DNA of 39,777 bases from a bacterium (lineage in GTDB: Bacteria > CG03): the NCBI GenBank assembly GCA_043811795.1, contig JBDRMV010000059.1, positions 1-39,777 on the forward strand, written 5' to 3'. The notes beneath the pieces were generated by a model. The model had not been told where the DNA came from, did no database searches, and saw nothing but the letters and a program-made list of their open reading frames with translations. This document shows, piece after piece, positions 1-7,378 of the stretch. The translations under genes were made by a program, and so were the position numbers. The stretch's first letter is position 1. The number at the start of each line of letters is the position of its first letter.

Positions 1-162
1 TGTCTTTCGCTTGTTAAAGTAAAAAAGCGCGAAATAGATATGGATTTGCTGGAGAAAAAGTTTAAAGAGACGGCATTATACGATGTTTCACAGGATAAGG
101 TGAATAAAAATTTAGAATATTTTTTGAAACGGCTTAAAAGAGAGGGCATTTATGAAGAATAG
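1..162 (+). CDS. 3' end of an unidentified protein-coding gene (partial, runs off the window start)
   Basis: Frame 1 is open from nt 1 to TAG at 160-162 (...KREIDMDLLEKKFKETALYDVSQDKVNKNLEYFLKRLKREGIYEE*). Its last 11 nt overlap the ATG at 152 of the next ORF, the compact-operon pattern seen across the window. No motif recognised. Confidence 0.35.
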   Translation, partial: CLSLVKVKKREIDMDLLEKKFKETALYDVSQDKVNKNLEYFLKRLKREGIYEE

Positions 163-844
163 TTATTTGCTGAAAAAAGTGAAAAGGTTGGGATTTGCTT
201 TAATGGAACCGGAAGAACCTTTTGATGCAAATGAGGTTCTTGCGGAAGTGGTAAAAAGCCGGGATATAAGATTATGGGAGGGCTTTCCGGTGCTGGTCTT
301 AAATGCCGCCGCAAGGGGGTTGTTTAATTATGAAAGCGCAAGTAATCTGTTGAGGACGAATCGGGAAAGAACCGTATTTACGGAACTTCTGCTTTTTTCT
401 CTGGCGTTGTATAAATACCTGCGGCTGAAATATTCATGGACTGATAAACTTTATGCAGAGTTGCCGCAAAAAGATATGGACCCCGCCACGGCGGGCAGGC
501 GGCATTCTGATTTTTATAAGTGTTTTAAAGATAACCGGGATTTTGTAATCGCTAAATCTTCCCGTATGAATCCAGGGAGAATAAAAAATAATTTCAATAA
601 TTATCTAAAGGGAAGGGATTTAAAAATAATTGACTCGCAGCGGGGATACGAAACACTGTCTCTGGAATATGCCCAGTCGCAGATATTTTCACCGAAACAG
701 AAGGATTTGTTTTTAAAGAAGCTGAACGGCGAAAAGTTAAACAAGACAGAGAGGGAGTATTTTTCCAGGGTCGTAAAAAAGAAGGCCGCCGCTCTGGCGA
801 ATCCTGAATTGCATCGTTTAGCGCGTAAGGTACTTAAACACTGA
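152..844 (+). CDS. hypothetical protein, possible C-terminal helix-turn-helix-like segment
   Basis: 230-aa ORF with no competing ORF. The C-terminal stretch LSLEYAQSQIFSPKQKDLFLKKLNGEKLNKTEREYFSRVVKKK resembles sigma-70 region-4/LuxR-type HTH wording. The N-terminal half has no recognised motif. Confidence 0.55.
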   Translation: MKNSYLLKKVKRLGFALMEPEEPFDANEVLAEVVKSRDIRLWEGFPVLVLNAAARGLFNYESASNLLRTNRERTVFTELLLFSLALYKYLRLKYSWTDKLYAELPQKDMDPATAGRRHSDFYKCFKDNRDFVIAKSSRMNPGRIKNNFNNYLKGRDLKIIDSQRGYETLSLEYAQSQIFSPKQKDLFLKKLNGEKLNKTEREYFSRVVKKKAAALANPELHRLARKVLKH

Positions 845-933
845 CAAGGAGAAAAAGGGAAAAAGGGGCAGGGGGCTTTTTCACGGGACGGAAGGGATGC
901 GGAAACGGGCAGGCATGGTACGGAAATAAAGAA

Positions 934-2175
934 ATGCTGAAAATCAGAACGGGTGAAATTCCGTCGGGGGCGGGGGTCTATTTATTCAAGGGTCCCGGCG
1001 GCCGAATTCTTTATATCGGGAAAGCAAAAAACCTGAAGAAGAGGGTTTCCTCGTATTTCAGGCCGGAGCTTTCAAACAAGACGTTTCATCTTATGTCCGC
1101 CGCCCGGAGGATAGAATACATACAGACGGCGACCGAAAATGAAGCGGAAGTTCTTGAAGAAAAGTTGATAAAATTGTTCAGGCCGAAATACAATGTGCTG
1201 ATGACCGACGACAAGAGTTATCCCTTCATCTGCCTGACGGACGAAAAGTATCCCCGCCTTGAATTCTCAAGAGGGCGGAAGAGCGCGAACTGTTTCGGGC
1301 CATATCCCGATTCCGGTTCGCTCAGAATTTCCCTGAGAAATCTCAAGAGAATTTTCCTTCTGCCGCCCTGCTCGATGCCGCAGTATTCAAGGATTAAAAA
1401 AATTGCGGACCCCGAAAGATGCGTTTATTTCCACCTGTCAAAATGTTCCGCTCCGTGCTGCGGGCGGATAACCGTCGGGGAATATGCGGGACGGATAAAG
1501 AAAGCGGTTGAATTTCTCAGAGGCCGGCGCATTTCAATCGTAAAAAACCTTCAAAAAGAGATGAAGCGCGCTGCGCTCGACCTCAATTTTGAGAAGGCGC
1601 TCCGCCTGAAAAAATCCATAGAAGCGTTCGGTAACATCGTAATGCGCGTTGACGTGGCGGGGGTAAATGCGGCGAAATATCTTTTTAACCCGAAGGCGTC
1701 GATGAGAGAAATAAAAAAAGTTTTAGGTCTCGCTAAACTGCCGGAAGTTATCGACGGGCTGGACATATCGCACACGCAGGGTTCTTTCCCGACCGCATCC
1801 GCCGTCCGGTTCAGGAACGGCCTGCCGGATAAAAGCGGATACAGGAAATTCTCCGTCAGGTTTGAGGGGATTGACGATTATGCGATGCTCAGGGAGGTGG
1901 TCAGGAGAAGGTATAAAAAAGATACGGCGGATTTGATTTTGATAGACGGGGGCCCGGGGCAGGTGAGCTCCGCCGTGCGCGCGCTTTCCGAAAGCGGATT
2001 GAATCCGGAAGTTGCCGGTCTTGCCAAGAGGGAGGAGATAATTTACAGGCGCGACGGTTCGGCGGTGAAATTAAAATCAAATTCCCGCGGTTTGATGCTC
2101 CTGATGCACATCAGGGACGAGGCGCACAGGTTCGCTCTTTCCTACCACCGCCTCCGCCGTTCAAGGATTGTTTGA
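934..2175 (+). CDS. uvrC: compact UvrC-like excinuclease subunit (GIY-YIG + UVR + RNase-H-like endonuclease; no C-terminal (HhH)2)
   Basis: GIY-YIG: GVYLFKG..ILYIGKAKNLKKRVSSYF..EAEVLEEKLIKLFRPKYN. UVR motif: LNFEKALRLKKSIEAF. 3' nuclease part: IDGLDISHTQG..LILIDGGPGQV..GLAKREEIIY..IRDEAHRFALSYHR. The ORF is only 413 aa and ends right after the nuclease part. Confidence 0.8.
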   Translation: MLKIRTGEIPSGAGVYLFKGPGGRILYIGKAKNLKKRVSSYFRPELSNKTFHLMSAARRIEYIQTATENEAEVLEEKLIKLFRPKYNVLMTDDKSYPFICLTDEKYPRLEFSRGRKSANCFGPYPDSGSLRISLRNLKRIFLLPPCSMPQYSRIKKIADPERCVYFHLSKCSAPCCGRITVGEYAGRIKKAVEFLRGRRISIVKNLQKEMKRAALDLNFEKALRLKKSIEAFGNIVMRVDVAGVNAAKYLFNPKASMREIKKVLGLAKLPEVIDGLDISHTQGSFPTASAVRFRNGLPDKSGYRKFSVRFEGIDDYAMLREVVRRRYKKDTADLILIDGGPGQVSSAVRALSESGLNPEVAGLAKREEIIYRRDGSAVKLKSNSRGLMLLMHIRDEAHRFALSYHRLRRSRIV

Positions 2176-2183
2176 CCTTAAAT

Positions 2184-2271
2184 GGGGTCAACTCTATTTT
2201 TATAGAATTGAATTGGGGTCAGTTCTATTTTTATTATTTTTTTCTATGCAAAAATAGAGCTGACCCCAATT
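2184..2271. repeat. three copies of a GGGGTCA-NN-TCTATTTTT unit (two direct, one inverted), forming a 22-bp hairpin
   Basis: GGGGTCAACTCTATTTTTAT (2184-2203) and GGGGTCAGTTCTATTTTTAT (2215-2234). Inverted arm AAAAATAGAGCTGACCCCAATT (2250-2271) pairs with AATTGGGGTCAGTTCTATTTTT (2211-2232) with one mismatch. Confidence 0.85.
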
Positions 2272-2280
2272 CCCCCCTAA

Positions 2281-2309
2281 TTGACCTGGGGTTTAGAAAA
2301 GGGTAAAAT
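2281..2309 (+). promoter_or_regulatory. near-consensus sigma-70-type promoter directly upstream of lepB
   Basis: TTGACC (2281-2286), 17-nt spacer, TAAAAT (2304-2309). The lepB ATG is at 2316, only 6 nt after the -10 element. Confidence 0.45.
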
Positions 2310-2315
2310 GAGGAA

Positions 2316-2819
2316 ATGAAAAGATTGTTTTATCTGATTCTTCTTGGCGTTGGGGGAGCGTATTTGTTCAGGGAGTATGTCGGCGGGTTCGTGCGCGTCG
2401 CCACCGGCTCCATGGAGCCGACCCTGAAGATAAACGGCGTCCGCTGGGTCGATAAGCGGCATTATAACGAAAACCCCGTGCAAAGGGGGGACATTGTCGT
2501 TTTCCCCTCTCCCGTCGCGGAGAAGAAGAAACTGATAAAAAGGGTCATTGCCGTCGGGGGAGACAGCATCGGGATAAGAAACAAGCAGGTTTTTATCAAC
2601 TGGGAGGAAATTGAGGAGCCCTATGTCAGCCACACGCGTCCGAACGAAATTCTTGCGGGGGACAATATTCCAAACGTAACCGTGCCGCAGGGCTTCGTTT
2701 TTGTTATGGGCGACAACAGGGATTTTTCGGAGGACTCCCGCGACTGGAAAGACAAGAACGGGAAACCGGTATATTTCATTCCGGTCGAATCGATAAGAGG
2801 GCGGATAAATGTTGAATAA
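2316..2819 (+). CDS. lepB: signal peptidase I (S26 family)
   Basis: N-terminal TM helix, catalytic Ser box GSMEPTL, Lys box LIKRVIAVGGD, and the GDNRDFSEDSR box. Confidence 0.9.
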   Translation: MKRLFYLILLGVGGAYLFREYVGGFVRVATGSMEPTLKINGVRWVDKRHYNENPVQRGDIVVFPSPVAEKKKLIKRVIAVGGDSIGIRNKQVFINWEEIEEPYVSHTRPNEILAGDNIPNVTVPQGFVFVMGDNRDFSEDSRDWKDKNGKPVYFIPVESIRGRINVE

Positions 2820-4272
2820 ATTTTCTCCGTCATACGGAAAATACAAAAAAGACCTCGCTAAACACGGTCTCGCGTGCGTTTACAAGGATATATCCTGCGA
2901 TATGGATACGCCTGTTTCGCTCTTTATGAAAATTTCGAATGCGGAAAACGCTTTTCTGCTCGAAAGCGCCGAAGGCGGAATCAGGTGGGGGAGATACTCC
3001 TTTATTTCAGCGTCTTCAAAATTTGTCCTGAAGGGTTTTAAAGATTATTTTGAAATAAACGGCAAGAGACGCAGGACAAAAGATGCCTTCGGAGAACTGA
3101 AAAAATTCCTGAAGAAATTTTCTTTCCCTCCGATGACCGACGGGCCTCCTTTCATCGGCGGCGCCGTCGGGTATTTTTCTTACGACATTGTGAATGAATG
3201 GGAGAACATCGGCGGGGCAGGGAAGGGCGCGCAGGATTTCCCTTATTTCTATTTTGTTTTGCCGGAAGTTATCATCGTGGTGGACCACCTGAAAAAGCTC
3301 ATGAGGATTATCTGCTGGGGTTACGCCGTCGGGGAGCGGAACGCAAAAAATCTGTTTTCCTCGTCGCTGTCAAAGATAGACGAGACCCTGAATGTCATCA
3401 GGCAGCCCGTCCTGCCTCCGCAGACCAAGACCGGCGGAAATCTGAATTTCAGGAGCAACGTTTCAAAGACGCAGTTTGAAAACATGGTAAGAAAGGCAAA
3501 GAGTTATATTATCAACGGCGACTGCATTCAGACGGTGATTTCAAGAAAATGGGATATTGAAATTAAAAGGGACCCTGTTTTTATTTACAGGGCGCTCAGG
3601 ATGATAAATCCGTCGCCGTATATGTATTATCTCAAGTTCGGCGGCGCGCACATAATCGGTTCTTCGCCTGAAATTCTCGTGAAGAAAACGGGCGCCAGCG
3701 CGGTTATAAGGCCGATTGCGGGGACGCGGCCGAGGGGGAAGGACGCGCGCGAGGACAAAGCGTTCTGCGGCGAACTTTTAAAGGACGTGAAGGAAAGAGC
3801 CGAGCACACGATGCTTGTTGACCTCGCAAGGAACGACCTCGGCAAGGTCTCGAAGTTCGGCAGCGTTTCCGTGAAGGAACTGATGGTCGTTGAAAAATTT
3901 TCGCACGTGATTCACCTGACGAGCGAGGTGGAAGGAACCCTTGAAGAATCAGAGGACAGTTTCTCGCTTTTCAAGGCGAGTTTTCCCGCCGGCACCGTGA
4001 GCGGAGCCCCGAAGGTGCGCGCGATGCAGATAATAGGCGAACTCGAGCGCGATGCGCGCGGGCCCTATGCCGGAGCGGTCGGCTATTTTTCGTTCAACGG
4101 CGACATGGATTTTGCGATAACCATAAGGACCATCGTCGCAACGCTTACGAAAGCGCAGATTCAGGCGGGGGCCGGAATTGTTTACGACTCGGTTCCGGAA
4201 AAGGAATATTTTGAAACGGAGAACAAAGCGAAGGCGCTGATGAAGGCGATTGAACTTGCCCGGACGCTATGA
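2809..4272 (+). CDS. trpE: anthranilate synthase component I (chorismate-utilising enzyme; PabB-type not excluded)
   Basis: DTPVSLFMKI, LLESAEGG...GRYSF, GSSPE, IAGTRPRG, RGPYAGAVGYF, GAGIVYDS. ATGA overlap with the downstream amidotransferase. Confidence 0.82.
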   Translation: MLNKFSPSYGKYKKDLAKHGLACVYKDISCDMDTPVSLFMKISNAENAFLLESAEGGIRWGRYSFISASSKFVLKGFKDYFEINGKRRRTKDAFGELKKFLKKFSFPPMTDGPPFIGGAVGYFSYDIVNEWENIGGAGKGAQDFPYFYFVLPEVIIVVDHLKKLMRIICWGYAVGERNAKNLFSSSLSKIDETLNVIRQPVLPPQTKTGGNLNFRSNVSKTQFENMVRKAKSYIINGDCIQTVISRKWDIEIKRDPVFIYRALRMINPSPYMYYLKFGGAHIIGSSPEILVKKTGASAVIRPIAGTRPRGKDAREDKAFCGELLKDVKERAEHTMLVDLARNDLGKVSKFGSVSVKELMVVEKFSHVIHLTSEVEGTLEESEDSFSLFKASFPAGTVSGAPKVRAMQIIGELERDARGPYAGAVGYFSFNGDMDFAITIRTIVATLTKAQIQAGAGIVYDSVPEKEYFETENKAKALMKAIELARTL

Positions 4273-4835
4273 TTTTATTTATTGATAATTACGATTCCTT
4301 CGTGTACAATCTCGTGCAGTATTTCGGAAGGATTTCGGACAAAATCAGGGTTTTCCGGAACGACCGGCTTGATATTCCTGATGTTTTGAAACTGAAACCG
4401 GACGGGATTGTAATTTCGCCCGGGCCGGGACGCCCGGAGAATGCGGGGAAGTCGGTTGAAATCGTAAAAAAATTTTATGACAAAATTCCTATTTTAGGCG
4501 TTTGTCTGGGGCATCAGGCGATTGCGTACGCTTTCGGCGCGAAAATCGCGCACGCGAAAAAAATCCTCCACGGGAAGACATCCCTGGTCAGACACAACGG
4601 CAAAGATATTTTCCGGGGCGTTTCAAACCCTTTTACCGCGGGAAGGTACCATTCTTTGATAGTTGAAAAAGCCGTCCCCGCTTTTGACGTCACGGGAAAA
4701 ACCGGCGACGGCGAGATTATGGCGCTTAAACTGAAAAAGTATCCTGTTTTCGGCGTTCAGTTCCACCCCGAATCAATCCTTACGGAAGAAGGTTTCAAAA
4801 TTGTCAGGAATTTTTGCAGGATTATAAAGTGCTGA
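4269..4835 (+). CDS. trpG: anthranilate/aminodeoxychorismate synthase component II (class I glutamine amidotransferase)
   Basis: IDNYDSFVYNLVQY, nucleophile box GVCLGHQ, FGVQFHPES; 188 aa. Confidence 0.9.
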   Translation: MILFIDNYDSFVYNLVQYFGRISDKIRVFRNDRLDIPDVLKLKPDGIVISPGPGRPENAGKSVEIVKKFYDKIPILGVCLGHQAIAYAFGAKIAHAKKILHGKTSLVRHNGKDIFRGVSNPFTAGRYHSLIVEKAVPAFDVTGKTGDGEIMALKLKKYPVFGVQFHPESILTEEGFKIVRNFCRIIKC

Positions 4836-4843
4836 AAAAAAGA

Positions 4844-5797
4844 ATGATCAAAAAAGCGGGCAGGTTTGCCGTTTACGCTCTGGTTTTCGGCGTTATGGCG
4901 GCTTTCGGGTTTGATATTGCGATGCGTCTTATAACCAGGGAGAAGAAAGTCGTGCTGACTCCCGATGTCGCGGGCTTGACGGTAGCGTCGGCGATGGATG
5001 TTCTGCAGGGGAAGGGGCTTTATGCCGAAAAGTCAAAAGAGAATGTTTCCGACGAGACGATTCCCGCCGGCTCCGTCGTGAGACAAAGCCCCGTTTCGGG
5101 CTCCGTCGTCAAAAAAGGTCGCGCCGTTCATCTGACCCTTTCCGAAGGCGGAAACCTTGTGTATGTTCCGGATGTGACGGGAAGGACTCTTCAGGAAGTT
5201 GAAATAATTCTTACGAGGGCGGCGCTTTCGGTCGGCTCCGTTACGGGCTTGTACAGCGATGAAGTGAAAAGGGACGTCATTATTTCGCAGACGCCCGGGG
5301 CGGGTGAGATCGCCAAGCCGCAGACGCTCGTGGACATCGTTAAAAGCAACGGGCCCGCTTCGCTGATGGGTTTTCTAGTGATGCCCTACGTGGTCGGGAA
5401 ATCCAGTTCGGACGCATTAAACGTTCTGAAGGAAATCGGTTTTGAGGTCTCGGAACAGGAAATTGTCATAAATGACACCGTCACTCCGGGGACGGTTGTA
5501 AAACAGGAGCCCGCGCCCGGGGAAATGCTTTCCGACGAGGTGTACATAAAACTTTTTATTTCTGATCTCTCGCAGAAAGAAAACATAAAAAGAACGGGTT
5601 ACGTTTTTTTTGAAGTTCCTCAGGATATAAAAGCGAGGAACGTTAAGATTGTCATCAGGGATTCAGTCGGCAGAAGAACGGTTTACGAAAATATTGAGCA
5701 GCCGGGTAAAAAAATCTCTTTCGAAGTCGAGATAATAGGAAAGGCGTACGCAATGTTTTATCTTGACGACGTTCCTGTCGGGAGGAAAGACCTGTGA
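4844..5797 (+). CDS. membrane-anchored PASTA-repeat protein with no kinase or PBP domain
   Basis: N-terminal TM (FAVYALVFGVMAAFGF). Three PASTA-like units follow: VPDVAGLTVASAMDVLQGKGL.., VPDVTGRTLQEVEIILTRAAL.., MPYVVGKSSSDALNVLKEIGF.., plus a ~80-aa C-terminal beta-rich domain. The start is uncertain: ATG 4844 is preferred, with alternatives GTG 4829 and TTG 4814 (the ORF-track start). Confidence 0.75.
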   Translation: MIKKAGRFAVYALVFGVMAAFGFDIAMRLITREKKVVLTPDVAGLTVASAMDVLQGKGLYAEKSKENVSDETIPAGSVVRQSPVSGSVVKKGRAVHLTLSEGGNLVYVPDVTGRTLQEVEIILTRAALSVGSVTGLYSDEVKRDVIISQTPGAGEIAKPQTLVDIVKSNGPASLMGFLVMPYVVGKSSSDALNVLKEIGFEVSEQEIVINDTVTPGTVVKQEPAPGEMLSDEVYIKLFISDLSQKENIKRTGYVFFEVPQDIKARNVKIVIRDSVGRRTVYENIEQPGKKISFEVEIIGKAYAMFYLDDVPVGRKDL

Positions 5798-6432
5798 AAA
5801 AAATAGAAATCGGTTTTTCGATTCTTTCAAGCGATTTTGCGGGCCTGAAATCGGTCGTCGCCAAATATGAGACCCTCGTTGATTTTATACAGATGGATGT
5901 AATGGACGGCAATTTCGTGCCGAACCTGACTTTCGGCGTCCCCGTCGTAAATTCTCTGAGAAAAATAACGAAAATTCCGTTTGAAGCGCATCTGATGGTC
6001 GTAAATCCCGGGGTCCAGTGGAAATGGTACAGAAAGACCTGCAAAAGGATTCTTTTCCATATAGAGGCGGTGAAGAATCCGCGGGCGCTTTTAAAGAAGA
6101 TGGCAGGCGTGGAAAAAGGTATTGCCGTTAATCCGGAAACGCCGGTAAAGAAAGTTATCCCGTTCCTGAAAGATATTCAGGTCGTGCTGCTGATGAGCGT
6201 TTCGCCGGGCTTTGCGGGGCAGAAGTTCGATGAAAGAGTCATTAAGAAAATAAGTTTTCTCAGGAATTACATTGACGGAAAAAATATCAAATGTAAAATT
6301 TCCGTTGACGGCGGCATCGACGCAAAAACCGCCGCCAAATGCGTAAAAGCAGGAGTTGATTTTTTAATCGTAAGTTCCTATCTTTCCAAAGGCGATATAA
6401 AGAGAAAAGCAAAAATCCTCAAAAATCTTTAA
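5794..6432 (+). CDS. rpe: ribulose-phosphate 3-epimerase
   Basis: SILSSDF, MDVMDGNFVPNLTFG, HLMV, MSVSPGFAGQKF, VDGGI. GTG start in a GTGA overlap with the PASTA gene, preceded by GGGAGGAAAG. Confidence 0.9.
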   Translation: MKKIEIGFSILSSDFAGLKSVVAKYETLVDFIQMDVMDGNFVPNLTFGVPVVNSLRKITKIPFEAHLMVVNPGVQWKWYRKTCKRILFHIEAVKNPRALLKKMAGVEKGIAVNPETPVKKVIPFLKDIQVVLLMSVSPGFAGQKFDERVIKKISFLRNYIDGKNIKCKISVDGGIDAKTAAKCVKAGVDFLIVSSYLSKGDIKRKAKILKNL

Positions 6433-6437
6433 AAGAT

Positions 6438-7271
6438 GTGAAAAAAGTATTTAGGTGCTTTTACCTTTTACTTTGTTTTTCCGGTTTCTCAAACGCGGGG
6501 CTTCCTGATTTCGGGGTCGGGTATGAACTGATAAAAGGTAAATACTATAGCCCGGATTATACCGCGAACTGGTCGTGGAACGATGACTGGCAGGTTCAGG
6601 GAAATTTTCAGAAAAGTCAGTTTGATAATGATTTGAATTTTTCTTTTCTCTTTTTAAGATTCGGGAAAACAAAAGTTCTGAGCAATACGGTTTCGGCCGG
6701 CTTTGAAACGGGTTTTTACGTTCCTGTTTCGGCGAGCGAAAATTCCTGGCAGATTCCTTTCTGCTCGACGGGCTCCGCTCCTTCGACCGAATACAACTGG
6801 CAGGTCTCTCCTTCCACCTATTCCGCGCTTTACAGCAAAGAAGACAGAAAACTTTTTATCCTGCCTCTTATGGGACGGCTTGATTTTGATTTTTCGCGCC
6901 TTTTGAAAATTTCGGCGGCCGCCGGGTTTTACCTGGCGCATCTTGAGGTGGCTTACACCGAAGGAGAAGAGTTCAAAATCGACCACACGGAGATATCCGG
7001 TTCCATAACGAAGGAGTTCCGCGCGGGCGACGTTCAGGAATACAGATACTGGCTCCAGCAGACGAATCTGATTCCAGCGTTGAAATTGTCGCTGTCTTCA
7101 TGGATTAAATTGACTTCCGACATGAACCTTGATTTTTCGCTCAGCGCCGGATGGCTCCGGAAAACCGAATTCCTGTACAGCGAATTTATCGAGGGAATAA
7201 AACTGAAAGACGGCTACGAAATCGGCGGGCTTTCATACAGTTTCGCTTTCGGAATCAGCATTTTGTTTTGA
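6438..7271 (+). CDS. putative outer-membrane beta-barrel protein
   Basis: Signal peptide (MKKVFRCFYLLLCFSGFSNA), alternating aromatic/hydrophilic beta-strand-like pattern, and a C-terminal ...FAFGISILF ending in Phe, as in OMP beta-signals. GTG start. No family recognised. Confidence 0.5.
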   Translation: MKKVFRCFYLLLCFSGFSNAGLPDFGVGYELIKGKYYSPDYTANWSWNDDWQVQGNFQKSQFDNDLNFSFLFLRFGKTKVLSNTVSAGFETGFYVPVSASENSWQIPFCSTGSAPSTEYNWQVSPSTYSALYSKEDRKLFILPLMGRLDFDFSRLLKISAAAGFYLAHLEVAYTEGEEFKIDHTEISGSITKEFRAGDVQEYRYWLQQTNLIPALKLSLSSWIKLTSDMNLDFSLSAGWLRKTEFLYSEFIEGIKLKDGYEIGGLSYSFAFGISILF

Positions 7272-7273
7272 TA

Positions 7274-7307
7274 TCAGGAATTTTCCCCCGTAGTAGAAAA
7301 TTCCTGA
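7274..7307. terminator. perfect 12-bp hairpin between convergent genes (possible bidirectional terminator)
   Basis: TCAGGAATTTTC (7274-7285), loop ccccgtagta, GAAAATTCCTGA (7296-7307). No clear U-run on either strand. Confidence 0.4.
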
Positions 7308-7378
7308 CAAAATATTATACTTTGGTATAATTTGTCGGAATCTAAAAAGGGGCAGTATGCGGGCGCTATTGCAGGAAA

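Noticed and set aside
859-882. GAAAAAG-gggcaggggg-CTTTTTC hairpin after the 230-aa ORF as a terminator
   Set aside because: The stem is only 7 A/T-rich base pairs, with a G-rich loop and no U-run, which is too weak to call.
2277-2846. 189-aa minus-strand ORF covering lepB
   Set aside because: The plus-strand frame carries all the signal peptidase I motifs (SMEPTL, KRVIAVGGD, GDNRDFSEDSR), and the antisense product has no recognisable features.
7314-7331. Palindrome ATTATAC-tttg-GTATAAT giving TGGTATAAT (extended -10-like) on the plus strand and TATAAT on the minus strand
   Set aside because: It lies between the 3' ends of two convergent genes, with no ORF or recognisable RNA downstream in either direction. 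It is probably AT-rich terminator-region sequence. An antisense promoter cannot be excluded but is unsupported.
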